64,000 nucleotides of DNA from Eledone cirrhosa (taxonomy: Eukaryota): positions 21,452,001-21,516,000 of the forward strand of contig OZ024741.1 of assembly GCA_964016885.1 (NCBI GenBank), in the 5' to 3' direction. Positions 15,001-30,000 of this stretch are shown in pieces; the first letter of the stretch is position 1; every line of letters begins with the position of its first letter. Under the pieces are notes generated by a model. That model worked only from the letters and a program-made list of their open reading frames with translations, was not told the DNA's origin and made no database searches. A program made the translations under genes and the position numbers.

Positions 15001-18000
15001 TGTTAATAGTGATGATAAAGGGGGTGGAGGTGTTAACAGTGATGATAATGGGGGCGGTGGTGTTAATAATGATGATAATGGTGGTGGTGGTGTTAATAGT
15101 GATAATGGGGGTGGTGGTGTTAACAGTGATGATAATGGTGGTGGTGGTGTTAACAGTTATGATAATGGGGGGGGGGGTGTTAACAGTGATGATAAAGGGG
15201 GTGGAGGTGTTAACAGTGGTGGTAATGGTGGTGGTGGTGTTAATAGTGATAATGGTGGTGGTTGTGTTAATAGTGATAATGGTGGTGGTGATGTTAATAG
15301 AGATAATGGTGGTGGTGGTGTTAATAGTGATAATGGTGGTGGTGGTGTTAATAGTGATGATAATGGGGGTGGAGGTGTTAACAGTGATGATAATGGTGGT
15401 GGTGTTGTTAATAGTGATAATGGTGGTGGTGATGTTAATAGAGATAATGGTGGTGGTGGTGTTAATAGTGATAATGGTGGTGGTGGTGTTAATAGTGATG
15501 ATAATGGGGGTGGAGGTGTTAACAGTGATGATAATGGTGGTGGTGGTGTTAACATTGATGATATTGGTGGTGGTGGTGTTAACAGTGATGATAATGGTGG
15601 TGCTGGTGTTAATAGTGATAATACGGGTGGTGGTGTTAACAGTGATGATAAAGGAGGTGGAGGTGTTAACAGTGATGATAATGGGGGTGGTGGTGTTAAT
15701 AGTGATGATAATGGTGGTGGTGTTAATAGTGATGATAATGGTGGTGGTTGTGTTAATAGTGATGATAATGGGGGGGGGGGTGTTAACAGTGATGATAAAG
15801 GGGGTGGAGGTGTTAACAGTGGTGGTAATGGTGGTGGTGGTGTTAATAGTGATAATGGTGGTGGTTGTGTTAATAGTGATGATAATGGTGGTGGTGGTGT
15901 TAACAGTGATGATAAAGGGGGTGTAGGTGTTAACAGTGATGATAATGGTGGTGGTGTTGTTAATAGTGATAATGGTGGTGGTGATGTTAATAGAGATAAT
16001 GGTGCTGGTGGTGTTAATAGTGATAATTGTGGTGGTGGTGTTAATAGTGATAATGGATGTGGTTGTGTTAATAGTGATGATAATGGGGGTGGTGGTGTTA
16101 ACAGTGATGATAAAGGGGGTGGAGGTGTTAACAGTAATGATAATGGGGGTGGTGGTGTTAATAGTGATAATGGTGGTTGTGGTGTTAATAGTGATAATGG
16201 TGGTGGTGGTGTTAATAGTGATGATAAAGGGGGTGGAGGTGTTAACAGTGATGATAATGGTGGTGGTGGTGTTAATAGTGATGATTATGGTGGTGGTGTT
16301 AATAGTGATGATAATGGGGGCGGTGGTGTTAATAATGATGATAATGGTGGTGGTGGTGTTAATAGTGATAATGGGGGTGGTGGTTTTAACGGTGATGATA
16401 AAAGGGGTGGAGGTGTTAACAGTGATGATAATGGGGGTGGTGGTGTTAATAGTGATGATAATGGGGGTGGTGGTGTTAATAGTGATGATAATGGTGGTGG
16501 TGGAGTTAATAGTAATAATGGTGGTGGTGGTGTTAACAGTGATGATAATGGTGGTGGTGGTGGTGTAAATAGTGATAATGGTGGTGGTGGTGTTAATAGT
16601 GATAATGGGGGTGGAGGTGTTAACAGTGATGATAAAGGGGGTGGAGGTGTTAACAGTGATGATAATGGTCGTGGTGGTGTTAATAGTGATAATGGGGGGG
16701 GGGCTGTTAACAGTGATAATGGTGGTGGTGGTGTTAATAGTGATGATAATGGGGGCGGTGGTGTTAATAATGATGATAATGGTGGTGGTGGTGTTAATAG
16801 TGATAATGGGGGTGGTCGTGTTAACAGTGATGATAAAGGGGGTGGAGGTGTTAACAGTGATGATAATGGTGGTGGTGGTGTTAATAGTGATAATGGGGGT
16901 GGTGGTGTTAACAGTGATGATAATGGTGGTGGTGGTGTTAACAGTTATGATAATGGTGGTGGTGGTGTTAATAGTGATGATAAAGGGGGTGGAGGTGTTA
17001 ACAGTGATGATAATGGGGGCGGTGGTGTTAATAATGATGATAATGGTGGTGGTGGTGTTAATAGTGATAATGGGGGTGGTGGTGTTAACAGTGATGATAA
17101 AGGGGGTGGAGGTGTTAACAGTGATGATAATGGTGGTGGTGGTGGTGTTAATAGTGATAATGGGGGTGGTGGTGTTAACAGTGATGATAATGGTGGTGGT
17201 GGTGTTAACAGTTATGATAATGGTGGTGGTGGTGTTAATAGTGATGATAAAGGGGGTGGAGGTGTTAACAGTGATGATAATGGTGGTGGTGGTGTTAATA
17301 GTGATAATGGTGGTGGTGGTGTTAATAGTGATGATAATGGGGGTGGAGGTGTTAACAGTGATGATAATGGTGGTGGTGGTGTTAATAGTGATAATAGGGG
17401 TGGTGGTGTTACAGTGATGATAATGGGGGTGGTGGTGTTAACAGTGATGATAAAGGGGGTGGAGGTGTTAACAGTGATGATAATGGGGGTGGTGGTGTTA
17501 ATAGTGATAATGGTGGTTGTGGTGTTAATAGTGATAATGGTGGTGGTGGTGTTAATAGTGATGATAATGGTGGTGGTGGTGGTGTTAATAGTGATAATGG
17601 TGGTGGTGGTGTTAATAGTGATGATAAAGGGGGTGGTGGTGTTAACAGTGATGATAAAGGGGGTGGAGGTGTTAACAGTGATGATAATGGGGGTGGTGGT
17701 GTTAATAGTGATGATAATGGTGGTGGTGGTGTTAATAGTGATGATAATGGTGGTGGTGGTGTTAATAGTGATGATAATGGTGGTGGTGGTGTTAATAGTG
17801 ATGATAAAGGAGGTGGAGTTGTTAACAGTGATGATAATTGTGGTGGAGGTGTTAACAGTGACGATAATGGTGGTGGTGGTGTTAACAGTGATGATAATGG
17901 TGGTGGTGGTGTTAATAGTGATGATAAAGGGGGTGGAGGTGTTAACAGTGATGATAATGGTGGTGGTGGTGTTAATAGTGATGATAATGGTGGTGGTGGT

Positions 18001-21000
18001 GTTAATAGTGATGATAATGGTGGTGGTGGTGTTAATAGTGATGATAAAGTGGGTGGAGGTGTTAACAGTGATGATAATGGTGGTGGAGGTGTTAATAGTG
18101 ATGATAATGGTGGTGGTGGTGTTAATAGTGATGATAATGGTGGTGGTGGTGTTAATAGTGATGATAAAGGGGGTGGAGGTGTTAACAGTGATGATAAAGG
18201 TGGTGGTGGTGTTAATAGTGATGATAATGGGGGTGGTGGTGTTAATAGTGATGATAATGGGGGTGGGGGTGTTAATAGTGATGATAATGGTGGTGGTGGA
18301 GTTAATAGTGATAATGGTGGTGGTGGTGTTAATAGTGATGATAATGGTGTTGATGGTGTTAATAGTGATAATGGTGGTGGTGGTGTTAATAGTGATAATG
18401 GGGGTGGTGGTGTTAACAGTGATGATAAAGGGGGTGTAGGTGTTAACAGTGATGATAATGGTGGTGGTGTTGTTAATAGTGATAATGGTGGTGGTGGTGT
18501 TAATAGAGATAATGGTGGTGGTGGTGTTAATAGTGATAATGGTGGTGGTTGTGTTAATAGTGATGATAATGGGGGTGGTGGTGTTAAGAGTGATGATAAA
18601 GGGGGTGGAGGTGTTAACAGTGACGATAATGGGGGTGGTGGTGTTAATAGTGATAATGGTGGTTGTGGTGTTAATAGTGATAATGGTGGTGGTGGTGTTA
18701 ATAGTGATGATAAAGGGGGTGGAGGTGTTAACAGTGATGATAATGGTGGTGGTGGTGTTAATGGTGATGATAATGGTGGTGGTGTTAATAGTGATGATAA
18801 TGGGGCCGGTGGTGTTAATAATGATGATAATGGTGGTGGTGGTGTTAATAGTGATAATGGGGGTGGTGGTGTTAACAGTGATGATAAGAGGGGTGGAGGT
18901 GTTAACAGTGATTATAATGGTGGTGGTGGTGTTAATAGTGATAATGGGGATGGAGGTGTTAACATAGATGATAAAGGGGGTGGAGGTGTTAACAGTGATG
19001 ATAATGGTCGTGGTGGTGTTAATAGGGATAATGGGGGGGGGTGTTAACAGTGATAATGGTGGTGGTGGTGTTAATAGTGATGATAATGGTGGTGGTGTTA
19101 ATAGTGATGATAATGGGGGCGGTGGTGTTAATAATGATGATAATGGTGGTGGTGGTGTTAATAGTGATAATGGGGGTGGTCGTGTTAACAGTGATGATAA
19201 AGGGGGTGGAGGTGTTAACAGTGATGATAATGGTGGTGGTGGTGTTAATAGTGATAATGGGGGTGGTGGTGTTAACAGTGATGATAATGGTGGTGGTGGT
19301 GTTAACAGTTATGATAATGGTGGTGGTGGTGTTAATAGTGATGATAAAGGGGGTGGAGGTGTTAACAGTGATGATAATGGGGGCGGTGGTGTTAATAATG
19401 ATGATAATGTTGGTGGTGGTGGTGTTAATAGTGATAATGGGGGGGGGTGTTAACAGTGATGATAAAGGGGGTGGAGGTGTTAACAGTGATGATAATGGTG
19501 GTGGTGGTGTTAATAGTGATAATGGGGGTGGTGGTGTTAACAGTGATGATAATGGTGGTGGTGGTGTTAACAGTTATAATAATGGTGGTGGTGGTGTTAA
19601 TAGTGATGATAAAGGGGGTGGAGGTGTTAACAGTGATGATAATGGTGGTGGTGGTGTTAATAGTGATAATGGTGGTGGTGGTGTTAATAGTGATGATAAT
19701 GGTGGTGATGGTGTTAATAGTGATGATAATGGGGGTGGAGGTGTTTACAGTGATGATAATGGTGGTGGTGGTGTTAACAGTGATGATAATGGTGGTGGTG
19801 GTGTTAACAGTGATGATAATGGTGGTGGTAGTGTTAACATTGATGATATTGGTGGTGGTGGTGGTAACAGTGATGATAATGGTGGTGGTGGTGTTAATAG
19901 TGATAATAGGGGTGGTGGTGTTAACAGTGATGATAAAGGGGGTGGAGGTGTTAACAGTGATGATAATGGGGGTGGTGGTGTTAATAGTGATGATAATGGT
20001 GGTGGTGGTGTTAATAGTGATGATAATGGTGGTGGTGGTGTTAATAGTGATGATAATGGGGGGGGGGGTGTTAACAGTGATGATAAACGGGGTGGAGGTG
20101 TTAACAGTGGTGGTAATGGTGGTGGTGGTGTTAATAGTGATGATAATGGTGGTGGTGGTGTTAATAGTGATGATAATGGTGGTGGTGGTGTTAATAGTGA
20201 TAATGGTGGTGGTTGTGTTAATAGTGATGATAATGGGGGTGGTGGTGTTAACAGTGATGATAAAGGGGGTGGAGGTGTTAACAGTGATGATAATGGGGGT
20301 GGTGGTGTTAATAGTGATAATGGTGGTTGTGGTGTTAATAGTGATAATGGTGGTGGTGGTGTTAATAGTGATGATAAAGGGGGTGGAGGTGTTAACAGTG
20401 ATGATAATGGTGGTGGTGGTGTTAATAGTGATGATAATGGTGGTGGTGGTGTTAATAGTGATGATAATGGTGGTGGTGGTGTTAATAGTGATGATAATGG
20501 GGGGGGGGTGTTAACAGTGATGATAAAGGGGGTGGAGGTGTTAACAGTGGTGGTAATGGTGGTGGTGGTGTTAATAGTGATGGTGGTGGTGGTGTTAATA
20601 GTGATGATAATGGTGGTGGTGGTGTTAATAGTGATAATGGTGGTGGTTGTGTTAATAGTGATGATAATGGGGGTGGTGGTGTTAACAGTGATGATAAAGG
20701 GGGTGGAGGTGTTAACAGTGATGATAATGGGGGTGGTGGTGTTAATAGTGATAATGGTGGTTGTGGTGTTAATAGTGATAATGGTGGTGGTGGTGTTAAT
20801 AGTGATGATAAAGGGGGTGGAGGTGTTAACAGTGATGATAATGGTGGTGGTGGTGTTAATAGTGATGATAATGGTGGTGGTGGTGTTAATAGTGATGATA
20901 ATGGGGGCGGTGGTGTTAATAATGATGATAATGGTGGTGGTGGTGTTAATAGTGATAATGGGGGTGGTGGTGTTAACAGTGATGATGATGGTGGTGGTGG

Positions 21001-24000
21001 TGTTAATAGTGATAATGGGGGTGGTGGTGTTAACAGTGATGATAATGGTGGTGGTGGTGTTAACAGTTATGATAATGGTGGTGGTGGTGTTAATAGTGAT
21101 GATAAAGGGGGTGGAGGTGTTAACAGTGATGATAATGGGGGCGGTGGTGTTAATAATGATGATAATGGTGGTGGTGGTGTTAATAGTGATAATGGGGGTG
21201 GTGGTGTTAACAGTGATGATAAAGGGGGTGGAGGTGTTAACAGTGATGATAATGGTGGTGGTGGTGTTAATAGTGATAATGGGGGTGGTGGTGTTAATAG
21301 TGATGATAATGGTGGTGGTGGTGTTAACAGTTATGATAATGGTGGTGGTGGTGTTAATAGTGATGATAAAGGGGGTGGAGGTGTTAACAGTGATGATAAT
21401 GGTGGTGGTGGTGTTAATATTGATGATAATGGTGGTGGTGGTGTTAACAGTGATGATAATGGTGGTGGAGGTGTTAATAGTGATGATAATGGTGGTGGTG
21501 GTGTTAACAGTGATGATAATGGGGGTGGTGGTGTTAATAGTGATGATAATGGTGGTGGTGGTGTTAACAGTGATGATAATGGTGGTGGTGGTGTTAACAG
21601 TGATGATAATGGGGGCGGTGGTGTTAATAATGATGATAATGTTGGTGGTGGTGGTGTTAATAGTGATAATGGGGGGGGGGGGGGTTAACAGTGATGATAA
21701 AGGGGGTGGAGGTGTTAACAGTGATGATAATGGTGGTGGTGATGTTAATAGAGATAATGGTGGTGGTGGTGTTAATAGTGATAATGGTGGTGGTGGTGTT
21801 AATAGTGATGATAATGGGGGTGGAGGTGTTAACAGTGATGATAATGGTGGTGGTGTTGTTAATAGTGATAATGGTGGTGGTGATGTTAATAGAGATAATG
21901 GTGGTGGTGGTGTTAATAGTGATAATGGTGGTGGTGGTGTTAATAGTGATGATAATGGGGGTGGAGGTGTTAACAGTGATGATAATGGTGGTGGTGGTGG
22001 TGTTAACATTGATGATATTGGTGGTGGTGGTGTTAACAGTGATGAAAATGGTGGTGCTGGTGTTAATAGTGATAATACGGGTGGTGGTGTTAACAGTGAT
22101 GATAAAGGAGGTGGAGGTGTTAACAGTGATGATAATGGGGGTGGTGGTGTTAATAGTGATGATAATGGTGGTGGTGTTAATAGTGATGATAATGGTGGTG
22201 GTTGTGTTAATAGTGATGATAATGGGGGGGGGGGGGTGTTAACAGTGATGATAAAGGGGGTGGAGGTGTTAACAGTGGTGGTAATGGTGGTGGTGGTGTT
22301 AATAGTGATAATGGTGGTGGTTGTGTTAATAGTGATGATAATGGTGGTGGTGGTGTTAACAGTGATGATAAAGGGGGTGTAGGTGTTAACAGTGATGATA
22401 ATGGTGGTGGTGTTGTTAATAGTGATAATGGTGGTGGTGATGTTAATAGAGATAATGGTGCTGGTGGTGTTAATAGTGATAATGGTGGTGGTGGTGTTAA
22501 TAGTGATAATGGATGTGGTTGTGTTAATAGTGATGATAATGGGGGTGGTGGTGTTAACAGTGATGATAAAGGGGGTGGAGGTGTTAACAGTAATGATAAT
22601 GGGGGTGGTGGTGTTAATAGTGATAATGGTGGTTGTGGTGTTAATAGTGATAATGGTGGTGGTGGTGTTAATAGTGATGATAAAGGGGGTGGAGGTGTTA
22701 ACAGTGATGATAATGGTGGTGGTGGTGTTAATAGTGATGATAATGGTGGTGGTGTTAATAGTGATGATAATGGGGGCGGTGGTGTTAATAATGATGATAA
22801 TGGTGGTGGTGGTGTTAATAGTGATAATGGGGGTGGTGGTTTTAACGGTGATGATAAAAGGGGTGGAGGTGTTAACAGTGATGATAATGGGGGTGGTGGT
22901 GTTAATAGTGATGATAATGGGGGTGGTGGTGTTAATAGTGATGATAATGGTGGTGGTGGAGTTAATAGTAATAATGGTGGTGGTGGTGTTAACAGTGATG
23001 ATAATGGTGGTGGTGGTGGTGTAAATAGTGATAATGGTGGTGGTGGTGTTAATAGTGATAATGGGGGTGGAGGTGTTAACAGTGATGATAAAGGGGGTGG
23101 AGGTGTTAACAGTGATGATAATGGTCGTGGTGGTGTTAATAGTGATAATGGGGGGGGCTGTTAACAGTGATAATGGTGGTGGTGGTGTTAATAGTGATGA
23201 TAATGGGGGCGGTGGTGTTAATAATGATGATAATGGTGGTGGTGGTGTTAATAGTGATAATGGGGGTGGTCGTGTTAACAGTGATGATAAAGGGGGTGGA
23301 GGTGTTAACAGTGATGATAATGGTGGTGGTGGTGTTAATAGTGATAATGGGGGTGGTGGTGTTAACAGTGATGATAATGGTGGTGGTGGTGTTAACAGTT
23401 ATGATAATGGTGGTGGTGGTGTTAATAGTGATGATAAAGGGGGTGGAGGTGTTAACAGTGATGATAATGGGGGCGGTGGTGTTAATAATGATGATAATGG
23501 TGGTGGTGGTGTTAATAGTGATAATGGGGGTGGTGGTGTTAACAGTGATGATAAAGGGGGTGGAGGTGTTAACAGTGATGATAATGGTGGTGGTGGTGGT
23601 GTTAATAGTGATAATGGGGGTGGTGGTGTTAACAGTGATGATAATGGTGGTGGTGGTGTTAACAGTTATGATAATGGTGGTGGTGGTGTTAATAGTGATG
23701 ATAAAGGGGGTGGAGGTGTTAACAGTGATGATAATGGTGGTGGTGGTGTTAATAGTGATAATGGTGGTGGTGGTGTTAATAGTGATGATAATGGTGGTGA
23801 TGATAATGGGGGTGGAGGTGTTAACAGTGATGATAATGGTGGTGGTGGTGTTAATAGTGATAATAGGGGTGGTGGTGTTACAGTGATGATAATGGGGGTG
23901 GTGGTGTTAACAGTGATGATAAAGGGGGTGGAGGTGTTAACAGTGATGATAATGGGGGTGGTGGTGTTAATAGTGATAATGGTGGTTGTGGTGTTAATAG

Positions 24001-27000
24001 TGATAATGGTGGTGGTGGTGTTAATAGTGATGATAATGGTGGTGGTGGTGGTGTTAATAGTGATAATGGTGGTGGTGGTGTTAATAGTGATGATAAAGGG
24101 GGTGGTGGTGTTAACAGTGATGATAAAGGGGGTGGAGGTGTTAACAGTGATGATAATGGGGGTGGTGGTGTTAATAGTGATGATAATGGTGGTGGTGGTG
24201 TTAATAGTGATGATAATGGTGGTGGTGGTGTTAATAGTGATGATAAAGGGGGTGGAGGTGTTAACAGTGATGATAATGGGGGTGGTGGTGTTAATAGTGA
24301 TAATGGTGGTTGTGGTGTTAATAGTGATAATGGTGGTGGTGGTGTTAATAGTGATGATAAAGGGGGTGGAGGTGTTAACAGTGATGATAATGGTGGTGGT
24401 GGTGTTAATAGTGATGATAATGGTGGTGGTGGTGTTAATAGTGATGATAATGGTGGTGGTGGTGTTAATAGTGATGATAATGGGGGGGGGGGGTGTTAAC
24501 AGTGATGATAAAGGGGGTGGAGGTGTTAACAGTGGTGGTAATGGTGGTGGTGGTGTTAATAGTGATGGTGGTGGTGGTGTTAATAGTGATGATAATAGTG
24601 GTGTTAATAGTGATAATGGTGGTGGTTGTGTTAATAGTGATGATAATGGGGGTGGTGGTGTTAACAGTGATGATAATGGTGGTGGTGGTGTTAATAGTGA
24701 TAATGGGGATGGAGGTGTTAACATAGATGATAAAGGGGGTGGAGGTGTTAACAGTGATGATAATGGTCGTGGTGGTGTTAATAGGGATAATGGGGGGGGG
24801 GGTGTTAACAGTGATAATGGTGGTGGTGGTGTTAATAGTGATGATAATGGTGGTGGTGCTAATAGTGATGATAATGGGGGCGGTGGTGTTAATAATGATG
24901 ATAATGGTGGTGGTGGTGTTAATAGTGATAATGGGGGTGGTCGTGTTAACAGTGATGATAAAGGGGGTGGAGGTGTTAACAGTGATGATAATGGTGGTGG
25001 TGGTGTTAATAGTGATAATGGGGGTGGTGGTGTTAACAGTGATGATAATGGTGGTGGTGGTGTTAACAGTTATGATAATGGTGGTGGTGGTGTTAATAGT
25101 GATGATAAAGGGGGTGGAGGTGTTAACAGTGATGATAATGGGGGCGGTGGTGTTAATAATGATGATAATGTTGGTGGTGGTGGTGTTAATAGTGATAATG
25201 GGGGGGGGGTGTTAACAGTGATGATAAAGGGGGTGGAGGTGTTAACAGTGATGATAATGGTGGTGGTGGTGTTAATAGTGATAATGGGGGTGGTGGTGTT
25301 AACAGTGATGATAATGGTGGTGGTGGTGTTAACAGTTATAATAATGGTGGTGGTGGTGTTAATAGTGATGATAAAGGGGGTGGAGGTGTTAACAGTGATG
25401 ATAATGGTGGTGGTGGTGTTAATAGTGATAATGGTGGTGGTGGTGTTAATAGTGATGATAATGGTGGTGATGGTGTTAATAGTGATGATAATGGGGGTGG
25501 AGGTGTTTACAGTGATGATAATGGTGGTGGTGGTGTTAACAGTGATGATAATGGTGGTGGTGGTGTTAACAGTGATGATAATGGTGGTGGTAGTGTTAAC
25601 ATTGATGATATTGGTGGTGGTGGTGGTAACAGTGATGATAATGGTGGTGGTGGTGTTAATAGTGATAATAGGGGTGGTGGTGTTAACAGTGATGATAAAG
25701 GGGGTGGAGGTGTTAACAGTGATGATAATGGGGGTGGTGGTGTTAATAGTGATGATAATGGTGGTGGTGGTGTTAATAGTGATGATAATGGTGGTGGTGG
25801 TGTTAATAGTGATGATAATGGGGGGGGGGGGTGTTAACAGTGATGATAAACGGGGTGGAGGTGTTAACAGTGGTGGTAATGGTGGTGGTGGTGTTAATAG
25901 TGATGATAATGGTGGTGGTGGTGTTAATAGTGATGATAATGGTGGTGGTGGTGTTAATAGTGATAATGGTGGTGGTTGTGTTAATAGTGATGATAATGGG
26001 GGTGGTGGTGTTAACAGTGATGATAAAGGGGGTGGAGGTGTTAACAGTGATGATAATGGGGGTGGTGGTGTTAATAGTGATAATGGTGGTTGTGGTGTTA
26101 ATAGTGATAATGGTGGTGGTGGTGTTAATAGTGATGATAAAGGGGGTGGAGGTGTTAACAGTGATGATAATGGTGGTGGTGGTGTTAATAGTGATGATAA
26201 TGGTGGTGGTGGTGTTAATAGTGATGATAATGGTGGTGGTGGTGTTAATAGTGATGATAATGGGGGGGGGGGGTGTTAACAGTGATGATAAAGGGGGTGG
26301 AGGTGTTAACAGTGGTGGTAATGGTGGTGGTGGTGTTAATAGTGATGGTGGTGGTGGTGTTAATAGTGATGATAATGGTGGTGGTGGTGTTAATAGTGAT
26401 AATGGTGGTGGTTGTGTTAATAGTGATGATAATGGGGGTGGTGGTGTTAACAGTGATGATAAAGGGGGTGGAGGTGTTAACACTGATGATAATGGGGGTG
26501 GTGGTGTTAATAGTGATAATGGTGGTTGTGGTGTTAATAGTGATAATGGTGGTGGTGGTGTTAATAGTGATGATAAAGGGGGTGGAGGTGTTAACAGTGA
26601 TGATAATGGTGGTGGTGGTGTTAATAGTGATGATAATGGTGGTGGTGGTGTTAATAGTGATGATAATGGGGGCGGTGGTGTTAATAATGATGATAATGGT
26701 GGTGGTGGTGTTAATAGTGATAATGGGGGTGGTGGTGTTAACAGTGATGATGATGGTGGTGGTGGTGTTAATAGTGATAATGGGGGTGGTGGTGTTAACA
26801 GTGATGATAATGGTGGTGGTGGTGTTAACAGTTATGATAATGGTGGTGGTCGTGTTAATAGTGATGATAAAGGGGGTGGAGGTGTTAACAGTGATGATAA
26901 TGGGGGCGGTGGTGTTAATAATGATGATAATGGTGGTGGTGGTGTTAATAGTGATAATGGGGGTGGTGGTGTTAACAGTGATGATAAAGGGGGTGGAGGT

Positions 27001-30000
27001 GTTAACAGTGATGATAATGGTGGTGGTGGTGTTAATAGTGATAATGGGGGTGGTGGTGTTAATAGTGATGATAATGGTGGTGGTGGTGTTAACAGTTATG
27101 ATAATGGTGGTGGTGGTGTTAATAGTGATGATAAAGGGGGTGGAGGTGTTAACAGTGATGATAATGGTGGTGGTGGTGTTAATATTGATGATAATGGTGG
27201 TGGTGGTGTTAACAGTGATGATAATGGTGGTGGAGGTGTTAATAGTGATGATAATGGTGGTGGTGGTGTTAACAGTGATGATAATGGGGGTGGTGGTGTT
27301 AATAGTGATGATAATGGTGGTGGTGGTGTTAACAGTGATGATAATGGTGGTGGTGGTGTTAACAGTGATGATAATGGGGGCGGTGGTGTTAATAATGATG
27401 ATAATGTTGGTGGTGGTGGTGTTAATAGTGATAATGGGGGGGGGGTGTTAACAGTGATGATAAAGGGGGTGGAGGTGTTAACAGTGATGATAATGGTGGT
27501 GGTGGTGTTAATAGTGATAATGGGGGTGGTGGTGTTAACAGTGATGATAATGGTGGTGGTGGTGTTAACAGTTATGATAATGGTGGTGGTGGTGTTAATA
27601 GTGATGATAAAGGGGTGGAGGTGTTAACAGTGATGATAATGGTGGTGGTGGTGTTAATAGTGATAATGGTGGTGGTGGTGTTAATAGTGATGATAATGGT
27701 GGTGATGGTGTTAATAGTGATGATAATGGGGGTGGAGGTGTTAACAGTGATGATAATGGTGGTGGTGGTGTTAACAGTGATGATAATGGTGGTGGTGGTG
27801 TTAACAGTGATGATAATGGTGGTGGTAGTGTTAACATTGATGATATTGGTGGTGGTGGTGGTAACAGTGATGATAATGGTGGTGGTGGTGTTAATAGTGA
27901 TAATAGGGGTGGTGGTGTTAACAGTGATGATAAAGGGGGTGGAGGTGTTAACAGTGATGATAATGGGGGTGGTGGTGTTAATAGTGATGATAATGGTGGT
28001 GGTGGTGTTAATAGTGATGATAGTGGTGGTGGTGGTGTTAATAGTGATGATAATGGGGGGGGGGTGTTAACAGTGATGATAAACGGGGTGGAGGTGTTAA
28101 CAGTGGTGGTAATGGTGGTGGTGGTGTTAATAGTGATGATAATGGTGGTGGTGGTGTTAATAGTGATGATAATGGTGGTGGTGGTGTTAATAGTGATAAT
28201 GGTGGTGGTTGTGTTAATAGTGATGATAATGGGGGTGGTGGTGTTAACAGTGATGATAAAGGGGGTGGAGGTGTTAACAGTGATGATAATGGGGGTGGTG
28301 GTGTTAATAGTGATAATGGTGGTTGTGGTGTTAATAGTGATAATGGTGGTGGTGGTGTTAATAGTGATGATAAAGGGGGTGGAGGTGTTAACAGTGATGA
28401 TAATGGTGGTGGTGGTGTTAATAGTGATGATAATGGTGGTGGTGGTGTTAATAGTGATGATAATGGTGGTGGTGGTGTTAATAGTGATGATAATGGGGGG
28501 GGGGGGTTAACAGTGATGATAAAGGGGGTGGAGGTGTTAACAGTGGTGGTAATGGTGGTGGTGGTGTTAATAGTGATGGTGGTGGTGGTGTTAATAGTGA
28601 TGATAATGGTGGTGGTGGTGTTAATAGTGATAATGGTGGTGGTTGTGTTAATAGTGATGATAATGGGGGTGGTGGTGTTAACAGTGATGATAAAGGGGGT
28701 GGAGGTGTTAACACTGATGATAATGGGGGTGGTGGTGTTAATAGTGATAATGGTGGTTGTGGTGTTAATAGTGATAATGGTGGTGGTGGTGTTAATAGTG
28801 ATGATAAAGGGGGTGGAGGTGTTAACAGTGATGATAATGGTGGTGGTGGTGTTAATAGTGATGATAATGGTGGTGGTGGTGTTAATAGTGATGATAATGG
28901 TGGTGGTGGTGTTAATAATGATGATAATGGTGGTGGTGGTGTTAATAGTGATAATGGGGGTGGTGGTGTTAACAGTGATGATGATGGTGGTGGTGGTGTT
29001 AATAGTGATAATGGGGGTGGTGGTGTTAACAGTGATGATAATGGTGGTGGTGGTGTTAACAGTTATGATAATGGTGGTGGTGGTGTTAATAGTGATGATA
29101 AAGGGGGTGGAGGTGTTAACAGTGATGATAATGGGGGCGGTGGTGTTAATAATGATGATAATGGTGGTGGTGGTGTTAATAGTGATAATGGGGGTGGTGG
29201 TGTTAACAGTGATGATAAAGGGGGTGGAGGTGTTAACAGTGATGATAATGGTGGTGGTGGTGTTAATAGTGATAATGGGGGTGGTGGTGTTAATAGTGAT
29301 GATAATGGTGGTGGTGGTGTTAACAGTTATGATAATGGTGGTGGTGGTGTTAATAGTGATGATAAAGGGGGTGGAGGTGTTAACAGTGATGATAATGGGG
29401 GCGGTGGTGTTAATAATGATGATAATGGTGGTGGTGGTGTTAATAGTGATAATGGGGGTGGTGGTGTTAACAGTGATGATAAAGGGGGTGGAGGTGTTAA
29501 CAGTGATGATAATGGTGGTGGTGGTGTTAATAGTGATAATGGGGGTGGTGGTGTTAATAGTGATGATAATGGTGGTGGTGGTGTTAACAGTTATGATAAT
29601 GGTGGTGGTGGTGTTAATAGTGATGATAAAGGGGGTGGAGGTGTTAACAGTGATGATAATGGTGGTGGTGGTGTTAATATTGATGATAATGGTGGTGGTG
29701 GTGTTAACAGTGATGATAATGGTGGTGGAGGTGTTAATAGTGATGATAATGGTGGTGGTGGTGTTAACAGTGATGATAATGGGGGTGGTGGTGTTAATAG
29801 TGATGATAATGGTGGTGGTGGTGTTAACAGTGATGATAATGGTGGTGGTGGTGTTAACAGTGATGATAATGGGGGCGGTGGTGTTAATAATGATGATAAT
29901 GTTGGTGGTGGTGGTGTTAATAGTGATAATGGGGGGGGGGTGTTAACAGTGATGATAAAGGGGGTGGAGGTGTTAACAGTGATGATAATGGTGGTGGTGG

